The notes under the pieces were generated by a model that was given only the letters and a program-made list of their open reading frames with translations, was not told the DNA's origin and ran no database searches. Positions 25,001 to 35,297 of a stretch of DNA of 64,000 nt are shown here, piece after piece (position 1 is the first letter of the stretch; each line of letters begins with the position of its first letter). The stretch is from positions 1-64,000 of the forward strand of contig JYFJ02002038.1 of assembly GCA_000934665.2 (NCBI GenBank). The letters are read 5' to 3'. The DNA comes from Catajapyx aquilonaris (lineage: Eukaryota). The position numbers were made by a program, and so were the translations under genes.

Positions 25001-28000
25001 GGGACACTCACTTTATTGCCGATGGATTCGCCAATACATTTGTAGCCAAGGATTATCCTGCGCGGGAGATATATATACAATGAAAATGATAGCTGTTCAA
25101 ACTGATAAAAATTAATCATAACCGCGGCATTATAAGAAAAACATCTGCTCCGTTTTTGTGTGCGTATGGCGCGGGGGCGACACTCCCCCCCCCCCTCCCA
25201 ATGGCCAGTATATATTGTGTCGGATTGCAATTCTCAACACCTGGCTTTGTTGCATGCAGGTGTCACGTGATTCCGGCATTAGATTGGAAGGGGGACGGAC
25301 ACTGATTTTTCCCGCCGATAGAAAAAAAAATGTCGGCCGTTGGAAAAAAGTGCCCGCCAAAATTTCTGGGTGTTGTGCAATAACGTGTCAACCCACAAAA
25401 AATGTCAAAATTAAGCCCAAAGAATCGTACTCAGTTGAAATCAAGCTGGCGAAATCTGCATATACTTCTGCCGTAAATGACCACAAAACTGTTCTCTCAT
25501 GGGTTGACTCATTATTGCATAACACGGTCCAAGGAACGTCCGAAACGTAACAAGTCTGCGTCCAGTGTTGTACTGTCCGTATAGAACAACCCTGCAGGAC
25601 CCAAAAGAGGAGCTTTCGCCAGCCCTTTTGTTCTTCTTTGGTCTCACCTGGACGGTGGCCGCGGGGTGTCCCAAAAATCCTCGGAGGTCCGCCATTCATC
25701 TCCACGGCGCACGTCCACGGGGCCGAAAGAATGGGAGAGAAAAAAAATATATATCTTTCCGACTGTATATTACCCACAGGGCAGCAAAGGCCCACCCGGA
25801 ATTTCGCCATGCCTCTCATTCAAGTAACTCACAAAAACTGACTCTTTCCAACCCGCCATATTATGCATTCTGGCTGGAAGTGAACTTCCCCCCCAAAAAT
25901 GGGACCATTTTTTTTCACATTCGGAACCTCCTATAAAGAACCCCCCGAAAAAAGCTGGAGAACCGGATCGTGGCCCCAGTTCCAAAATTAATCCCGCGTA
26001 AGGGAAATTAAGATTGGAGGTTTAGATTTTGAAGGCGCCGTTTTTTTTTGTGTTTACGACGCCCCCCTGTAGCTCTTTCCAACATTCAACGCTGCCGGTT
26101 AAGGTAGGAAAGGTTAAAAATGCTCACGTCGAGGTGCTCCCTGGGCTTCTTCAGGTAAAAAAAAATATATATGTACAAAAAGAGAAGAGAGAAACAAGTT
26201 GGATGAGATCTGATAAACGGGAGCGGCCAATCGAGATTTCCACCGCAACTTTTGATATATTTTTTGGGGGGTATGTAGCCCCTAAAGGTTCTTTTTTTTC
26301 TTCCTGATGCTGGGAGCAGAGACACGTGCTCTCCAAATCAAACCTGAATTTGAAATTAGATTTTTAGAGACGGTTCTGGATTTGTCACACTGATTTATTC
26401 AGGTAGTATCTTTTGACTTACAAGCCTTCCTCTTTATACCTGTCCAAGAGGCCATTGGAGAAGAAGGGGAAATAATTAATCTCAATTGTCGGATAAAGTG
26501 ATCTCTTTCTCGCGCATTGGACACCTTACAGATGCATCATTCCGTTGTGGCTTTTTTAAAAATTAAAATGGGTTAAAAAGCAACACATATACGTAATTTA
26601 GCGCACGAATTCTTTCAACTTCTCAGAAATTCTGGATGTATAGCAATGATAATCAAATAATTAAAATAAGTTGATGATACGCTTTGTAATCTTATTACAT
26701 TTTTTGGCTGATGAACTAACGGCTAGCTGTATTAATTAAAGTTAAAGGTAAATATGGTTTTGTGCCACTTGAGTTACACGAGTTCATCATAAACGGCCAT
26801 GCCAAAGTAGCCACGACAGCCAAATGTTGTCTCGGGCATGACTTGATTTTGTAATGGTGTTAATCTGTATATGTACAGCCTGTTCAAAAGGGCAATTAAA
26901 CGTAGGTAATATTAAGCTACTTTTAATTGTCATTTTGAACAGGGTCCTCTTGTTTATTAAAAAATCCGCCTTGCTTACCACATGCGTTGCAGTCATCGAT
27001 GAACAGCCCCAGATAGGATAATTATTAGAAGGTAATTAAACCCCCCAAATGACTTTTCGCCATGTCCGGAGTTTGCTAATGGCGATACTGCGCACTTTTT
27101 CTTGCGATTGGCATTCGTAGCAATTATAAGCATCAATTTGCCGGATGATGCGGTGTGTAAAGTATTTTTTTGTGTGCCCACCACACACGGCAAATAGAGG
27201 GGCCATAAATTTTCCATCCCAGGCATAATAATTTTTGGCACATTTAATTGAGACCCTAATCAGGGTTCCTCCGCTCGTATTTTTTCACTTATTGGGGCTG
27301 GCTACCCTCCCTTTTTGCAATTCAAATTCGCGTAATGAGACATGATGTACCGACTCGCAAGTTATCATTATCCATCCTGATGGGTCCTGTGATTTGATAA
27401 TTCTCGCCAGAACTAGGGGTCAGAACCTCTCTTTCTTTTTGTATCTCGCGTAAATGATTATTTTAATCTCTGTGGGCCACCTACATACCCGAGTAACTTG
27501 GGGGGTAATTAGAGCTCCGGAATAAAAACCCCCGCATTTTGCAGCTGTGGTGAGCGAGGTGTGAAAAACGCGTCTCTCTGGGGCCGACTCGTGCCAGGAA
27601 TTCTGACCTCTCCACTATGTAGTTGCACCTGGCAAACCTGGTCTTACGTACCACATACTAATGGAATACACATTACAGGATTTACGGCCTTCCCTGCGTC
27701 ACACTGGAAAAAGAAGTCGGACGCCATCACCTCCCCCCAAAAAGACGGGGGCCATCTGCTGCCTGTCGATGGCCCCTCCTCCAATTTGCCATGGAGGGAC
27801 AAAAAGAGGACACTAGGAGGACCCATCACTTCCAAGGAGTCGTCCGGAAGAACAAAAGGGACGGACTTTTACAACCCTCCTTTTATATTCCGGGTGTCTC
27901 CGGACAAATTGGTCGGCTTCTGGCGCCTCCCATTTTTTGGGAAGGGAGATAATGAAAGGGCCACACCAAAAGCTGAGAGAACCGTTTTTCAAAACCTGAA

Positions 28001-31000
28001 GCCAAAGTGACGAGACCATCATTCGTCGTGTGTTGCCTTTAAAAACAGGAGGGGACTTGGATGCAAGAAGGGAACAAGAACTTCAGTCTCGACCTATTTC
28101 AAAGACACAGCTTGAAACGGCCTAGTTGTGCAGTGCTGTACATTGATGGTGTCGTACTGGTGGCGCCGTGAGCAGTTGACGGCAAAAGAGCGAATCAAAA
28201 TTTGCAGCCAATTGCTCACGGCGCCATAAGCACAACGCCTTTAATGTCCAGCAGTGCATCTCTCTCAAAAATTTCGAGTAAAAATTTCACTCAAAAAGGA
28301 GCAACTTCGCAAAATAATATTTTTGGAGAGAATTTTACGTCGGAATCGAGTGAAATTTTACTCAAAGATAGAGTGAAAATGAGTGATCAAAATTTTTTAC
28401 ATTCAAATGGCCGAGCGATTTCCATTCAAAAAGAGTCGCAGTAAAATCAAGTAGGCTAAAGAGTGAAAATCACTCAAATTGAGTGGAAAAACACAAGAAA
28501 TTTTTCCGAGTCAAAATTTCACTCAAAAAGGAGCAATTTCTCAAAATAATATTTTTAGAGTGAATTTCACTCCGGAATTTAAAGTGTGCTATATATAGTT
28601 GACTGAAAGTGAGTTAATTTGTGATCGTACATTTTCCAGCACGATGTTGTAATCAAGTATTTCACACGTGATGAGAGTGGATCACTGGCAGCTTTCTCTC
28701 GATCTTGATTTGATTGGAGAGTTGATGGGGGGAGAGCGCCCGTCGTAAATGATAAAAGAGAGCACACGAGATACAAAGTCGTGTATGTGTATGAAGCAGT
28801 TCAGCAACCAGCAGCACGGGATCATTCCTGTGGCGGCGGACCAGACCTGGTAACCTTGAATCCTGCAGAGGTCTAGCCCAAGGGGGGGGTGTTTAAAGAA
28901 AAAAGAAAAAAAGCACCTCTTTTTATCCTGGCGGCCACTTATTTCGCACCCGCAGTTTTCTGCATGCCGCCCAAGCCAGGAATGGATGGGACTATAAAAA
29001 CCACCCTCCGTATAAGGAGCTGGCCCTGCCCAAAGACTATTACATCCTGGCGCGTGTGTCTATCGGAGGCCAAAGAAAAAAGCCGTCTCTTTTTTTGCAC
29101 GAGAGTCGATTGAAGGCAAAAGAGTGGCACGCGCCGTTGTCAATGACGATAAGTCGGCCACCTGCTGGTTGGTTGGTTGGTTGGTTGGTGCCCCGCGCCA
29201 AGAGCAAAAGCAAGGACCTCAAGGACGACAACTCCATTAGCATCGCTCTTATACTTTACCCCCTTCCCATCCATCCATCCTTCCTCAGGATCCCGGACAC
29301 ACGACCCCCAACTCGCCTTACTTACTTCTGGACACTTCGCACGCGACAACACATGTCGAGTCGCCTCTACTCGACCTGGACAGCACGGCGGGACAGTGAC
29401 ATTTGGCGACAATTTTGGCAACACTCAACCACCAGTTGGCGCATATGCTCTTCCTCTGCACACTACTACTCTCATGGCAAAATGTAGTACTACATGCACG
29501 TTGGTGATGAGTCACCGAGCGGACAAAGCCCACCAGCACGTGCGTCGCCTCGATTGAAGTGGGTCCCACCGACTCTGGCCGCTACATGTCCTCTAATTGT
29601 TGAACAGGAAAAGTGAGAATTGGGGTAACTACTACCTTGGTGATGAGTCAACACGGTCCAAGAAGCGGACATACAGAATAAGGGGATTAGTGTATAGGAT
29701 TGGTGGCAAAACGACAGTTTGGAGAGTGTTGCTGACCGTTGCTGTAAATCACAGACTTATTGCCTGTATCAAATTGCGAGCGAAACATTTTATCGAAACT
29801 ATTTACTGTAAATTATTGCGGGTTTGAAAATGCGGGCGTAATTATCTACCTTGTTTTTTTGCACCCCATCCATCCTCGGCTGCTACAATGCCAATTACCA
29901 GCATTGAAAGGGACAAAAAAAGGTGGCAATTGCCGTGGTCCCCCCATAAATGGAAACAATCGGACGGGTACAAGTATGTATATGGATGGCAATGAGTGAC
30001 AATGCCGAAGTGTAATAAACCTTCCCCCTCCCCCCCATAATTTACAAGAGATTTAAAAAAAGGCGTCTTATCTACGCTCCAAGACCAGTATTAGTAGAGT
30101 GTGCCAAATAAATCCAGAAGTTAAAAAGAGGCGGAGTTGAGCAGCACACGACTCCTTTTTTTTTCAACTACCGCCCACCACTTTTCCTGATTTCCATACG
30201 GAAATGCCTCCTCCCCCTCCAATGGTCCAACTAAAAAGCCAAGAGACAGCTGCTGTTCAATAATATATAATATATATAAAAAAGAGAGGTTTATTCTCTC
30301 CCCCCCTCCCTGAGGTGAGAAAGAGGGCGGTGGGGGAAAACGGGGTTGCCAGCTCGAGGGAAGGTTAGCTACCTTGATGGCTGTTGGCCTGCTACCATTT
30401 GCAGCAAGAAGAAGAAGCCTTGGCGGCACGTGGCCCGACCAGCTCCACGGTTACACGGCCGCCAAACCAGTGGGGGGTGGGGGGTGATTGCATGGGGTGG
30501 TGGAGGGCAAAAAGGCAGTGTTGCCATATTTTGTGGCAACAGGAGGAGGAAGGGCAACCTTCGAAAGAAGGAGAGAGACGCGTGCCTTCTTTGTTTCATT
30601 CCACTGCATCGAAATCGACTGAATTTTTACCTGATATGGGCACACCAACCACTTCTGATGGAATGGACAGGTTAGCACAGTGTCATCGTGTCCAGACAGC
30701 CATTCGCAGTCAAATTGTGCAAATAAAAAAAGCATATACGACATCCTCCCTCCAAATAAAATTTCCCAACTTGTTGACGGGGCGTCAAAGAGCACAGGGC
30801 AACATCTCGTCAAGGTTGTGCACCGGTCCCTCCCTATACTTCTTGACAATGGACACAGTTACTCGGAAGTTGCTTACCCAGCACTCGGTCAATGTTACGT
30901 CAAGGAGCTGGAGGAATAGTGGACTACAGTGCACTTGGTCGTATTTGAATGGCCGTCAGTTTAGGAATGGAGAGACCCGAATATTCTTGCAATTCTTGAC

Positions 31001-31423
31001 GATGATAACAATAATTTACACAATATTGAAGAGGCATAGTCGTTGATAATGCACGAACTGTAGAAACATAGTGTATACCTATAAGCTGGCGATTTTCATC
31101 TGGAACAATAACGGCTATTTTGCTGAATGGTAATTTTCTCCTCAGTTGGCCAAAATTTTAGTGCATGTTGTTCGTTATAATGCCTTTGATTCGGGTTTTG
31201 CTAAAAATGTGTTTTTTTGCAATTTTGGAATTTTTCCAAAAATCACGACAGGAGGTGCATGAAATGCCAAATATTTCTAACTTTAATCCCCCCCCCCCCA
31301 CGAGCAATGACTGATTTGTTGAGGCGACAATTGTTCATTAAAACTGAAACTAATGGCATTAATTAAAATAATTCCCTCCTATCGTATTGCCCCGATCTGT
31401 GCAATCAGTGGCGTAAAAATCAC

Positions 31424-31635
31424 GGGCCGAATTCAGAGAGGTTGTAAACGCGCCCGATTAAATCCTTTAGTCAGCCTCGATTAGCAAATTTAATCAACCT
31501 GCTAATACAAAGACGGAGATTAGCGCTAAACGCCCCCTAATCGCACTTGCTAGCACTTTTAAATTTGCTAATCCAGGATAACTAAAGGATTTAATCGGGC
31601 GCGTTTACGTTAAGCAACCTCTCTGAATTCGGCCC
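31424..31635. mobile_element. PIF/Harbinger-like MITE, copy 2 (opposite orientation)
   Basis: Near-identical to 1958-2176 in reverse complement; 3-bp TSD CAC (31421-31423 and 31636-31638). Confidence 0.85.
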
Positions 31636-31694
31636 CACTTATTTTAATATTTCTCTCCTACTTGAATATTTGAAATGAAATCTCTCTGTATATA

Positions 31695-32256
31695 CAGGGT
31701 GTTTATTGTAACTCTGCAAAGACTTTCAGGGGTAATAGAGGGGACCAAGACAAGTATTTTTGACATAGGGACCAGTGTCCGGAAACGCCATCTAGAGGGG
31801 GTTCATAGACGAGGAACGGGTGCGCTCAGACGCGTCACGCGAGAGGCGCTAGGCGAGCGGACTGTTTTGTTGATAGGTGGCGTGCAGTTGTTGCCAGGTT
31901 ATGGCGTATCGCGTCGTTGTAAGCAAACAACAACGCGATACGCCATAACCTGGCAACAACAGAACCGCTGTTGGCTATCCGCGTGTCTCCTAGGAGGCTG
32001 ACTTTAGTCGCTAGATGGCTCTGTTGTTGCCACGTTATGACACATCTCATCGTTGGTTACTATCCGAGCGCCATCTATCAACAAAACAGTCCGCTCGCCT
32101 AGCGCCTCCCGCGTGACGCGTCTGAGCGCACCCGTTCCTTGTCTATGAACCCCCTCTAGATGGCGTTTCCGGACACGGGTTCCTATGTCAAAAATACTTG
32201 TCTTGATCCCCTCTATTACCCCTGAAAGTCTTTGCAGAGTTACAATAAACACCCTG
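31695..32256. mobile_element. Mariner-like MITE with ~190-bp TIRs and an internal hairpin
   Basis: TA|CAGGGTGTTTATTGTAACTCTGCAAAGAC...GTTACAATAAACACCCTG|TA; internal inverted repeat at about 31887-31960. Confidence 0.85.
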
Positions 32257-32697
32257 TATAGTGAGCAACTGTGATGCAGACAAATCAGCCTGCCATTGCT
32301 CGAATAATTTAAATATGATTCATTTAACATTCATTACACTTCCTGTCGTGATTAAAAATCTGCGGGAAAAATTACGAAATTGAGAATTTGACAACTCCTT
32401 TTCCAACAATTTGGCAAACCAGCGGTCGTATTCCAACCCGCCCCCTCCCCAAAATTTCGGTTACAACTATACGTATAGTGTTCACTGGACGGTGTATATT
32501 GGGGGGACAGGTGGCGCAAACCCCCTGACGTCACAACGTTTGCAACATGCGTGTGCTTCCTTCCTTCCTTCCTTCCCATAATAAAGCAGCATTGCATACC
32601 CTCAGAGGGTCAAACTTCCTCTACCTGGTAACAACTTCCCCCCCATGAAAACCCGCGGGTTCTGAAGGGGGAGGTATAGGAAGGGGGCCACGCTTCG

Positions 32698-32707
32698 GGC
32701 ACGCGAA
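32698..32707 (+). promoter_or_regulatory. Hairy/E(spl) site GGCACGCGAA upstream of ASH2
   Basis: Same 8-mer core, about 750 bp upstream of the proposed ATG, flanked by RCAGSTG E-boxes at 32507-32513 and 32878-32884. Confidence 0.6.
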
Positions 32708-33448
32708 TGGAAAAGAGAAGAGGTGGAGGGGGTATGGAGGGGTGGGAGGCAGTTTGTGTGTAAAAAGAGTGGGTGGTGGTGGGTGGATTTTAGTACGGGG
32801 GTCTCTCTCTACCTCCCTCCCGCTATATACACAATAATAGGTGGGTTAGGAGGGTGCGGGTTTGGTTGGCTGGTTGCACAGCTGCTGCCTGGATTCAACT
32901 ACCAACCTTACACACCAGCATACATAGCACTACACCATGATGTCAACCACCAGAATTCCCTGCAGACAGCCTATTGAAGAAATGCAATTTTTGCACAATT
33001 TTTTTTGCACATGATCACTATCCCACCCAGCGTTGAAGTCTCCACAAGTTGCTGGCAATATTTTCGAGGCTTGCTGCTGCCATTTATTGTATTCCCGGAT
33101 CCGGAAGCGCGCAACTGGTGGTTGCGGGTTGGCCCCCCTGTCAGCAGCAGCGTTGCGATAGAAAAATGTTTCCATCCTGCCCTCCCCATTTATTCCCCTC
33201 TCTTCCTCCCCATCCATTGGGTCCCCTTCTTCCCCCCTTATCCCTCCCACAGGATTCGCCCCCCCCCCCCCTTCCCTCGTTTTTCGGGTGCTGGCGCGTC
33301 AGACGAAACCCGAGAGCCTCCAGAGTCCGGCGGGTCTAAGCTGCCTCTAGAGAGCCCCGAGGGGGAAATATATATACATAATACACACAGCACGGTGTGT
33401 GTACAGCACCGTCCGTCACCCACTGCGAAACCAGAAGTGTATGGCCAG

Positions 33449-35297
33449 ATGAGCGCCAGCACTCAACAGAGCCAACCTAGAGCCATCAGGCCAAGCACAG
33501 TCCTGCAGACGGTGGTCGGAAACAGCACGCAGCCTTTGCAGGTACTGCAGGCCAACATGAACCTGGTGCACCAGCTGCCCTCGTTGGCCATCAAGCCAGA
33601 GGTCAGGAAGACTGTCCTCCAGGTCACGGCCACCACCCACAAGGTCAGTCAGAAGGTACGAAGTAGCCATATGATCAAAAAGCTAACTATCAGTATGCCA
33701 ATTTTCAGCACTCCCAGTAGTCTGAAAGTGGGACATACAAACTTTAACTGATTTAATATGTAAGATATCGACACCATGTACTTATAAGCAGTAATTGTTG
33801 AACAATATTGCTTTTGGCAGAACATACTACAACTAGGCCAATTTGACTCCTTCATTACCCAGCAAGAATGTGCAATGATTTAAAAAAATATATTGAAGCA
33901 ATATTGGCATTGAATGACACCAATTTTACCAGCTAATATTTTGGTAGCCTATAAATATTAACTGCTTAAAATATGCAGTTTGCTCTCTATAAAATGTTCC
34001 AGTAAAAATTTCACACAAAAAATTCGCAATTTTGCAAAATGCTATTTTGCTCCGAAAAGAGTTAGTATACTTTAACTCAAATCTAGTGGAAAATTTTACT
34101 CGAAAGAAGAGTGAAAATGAGTGGAAAACTACTCTTCCAGCTAGATTCACTCAATTTGAATGGTTTTTCGCTCGAATCTCAGACGTCATTTAGCTCCAAT
34201 TGAGCGGAAAATCCACTCGATTTGAGTGAAATGATCGCTCAGTTTGAGTGAAAATAATCTCGAGTGATTTCCACTCAAAAAAGAGTGCGGGGGTTACATC
34301 AAGTAGAAGAAAGTGAAAATCACTCAAATCGAGTGGGAAAACGCTCGATTTTTTAAAAAATAGTGATATGTCTAAAATTGCAATTGGCTGACAGTGAGTT
34401 GAATGATGAGACGGGCTAAGTGTCACATGGTAAGAGGGCCTTCAACTATATATACTAAGAACTAAAAGGTAACGTGTGAATGATCCTGAATGTGACATTT
34501 TTTTTTTGGACTGCTCAGCACCATGGGAGCGGGCCGTCTGTGGCGCGTCGCAACGCCCGGGAGCGCAACCGGGTGAAGCAAGTGAACCAGGGTTTCGCGC
34601 ATCTCCGAGCGCACCTTCCTCAACCTGGAAAGGGCAAGAGACTCAGCAAGGTGGAGACCCTGAGGACAGCGGTCAGGTACATCCGAAACCTCCAGCTCAT
34701 GTTGGACAACCAGCCCATTCCGGACGACGCGTCCAACAACGGCGAGAACGTGTCTCCTGGAAGCCTCGAACAGGTACTGCGCAGCTATTCTTACATTACT
34801 GTACTTGAGAGGTGACACTCCAGCCTTTTCCAATGTCACTTCTCGAGTAAGATGGTTTTTAGTAACATCCACCTTTTTTTTTTTGCGTGACCCAACAGTC
34901 GTGCTCTCCAGCCAGCGTGTTGAGCGACGGAACTTACGGGATGCAACCCGAGTCTCCCCCACCCTCTCCTGATTCCCCTTCGCCTCCTCCGTCCCCACAA
35001 CCCGAGTCGGTGGTGACCCTCGACCCTACCGTGACCCTCCCGAAGGAAGAGGACGCCCTGCTCGAGGTCTTCGCCTGGTGGCAGCATGGCCAGACAGACT
35101 TCCAGAGGTCAGTTGGTAACACTTGTAGCTCATTATCTCAACACCTATATGCTGCAGACACCAAAATTAATGACATCATCCATACATACAAAAAGCAAAG
35201 TTTGTTTGTATGTCTAACAAGTAATAACCTCCGTGACAGCGGGATTATCATGGCAACTAGTTACCATGGCAGCAACAAAATGATCGACTGTTGTTGA
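33449..35297 (+). CDS. ASH: Achaete-scute homolog 2 (divergent, possibly asense-like), join(33449..33655,34519..34773,34899..35297?)
   Basis: Exon 34519-34773 holds a complete bHLH ([54 protein letters not shown]) between acceptor ctcag| and donor CAG|gtactg. The upstream exon [24 protein letters not shown] ends at AAG|gtacga (33655). The downstream exon begins after t-rich..aacag| (34899) with a Ser/Pro-rich stretch and a degenerate C-terminal motif [16 protein letters not shown]. All junctions are phase 0. The start codon and the true 3' end are less certain because of a possible donor AG|gtcagt at 35107/35108. Confidence 0.85.

Noticed and set aside
30384..31046. 220-aa ORF and protein-like stretch near 30700-30920
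   Set aside because: No recognisable homology by eye; it may be a decayed element but cannot be supported.
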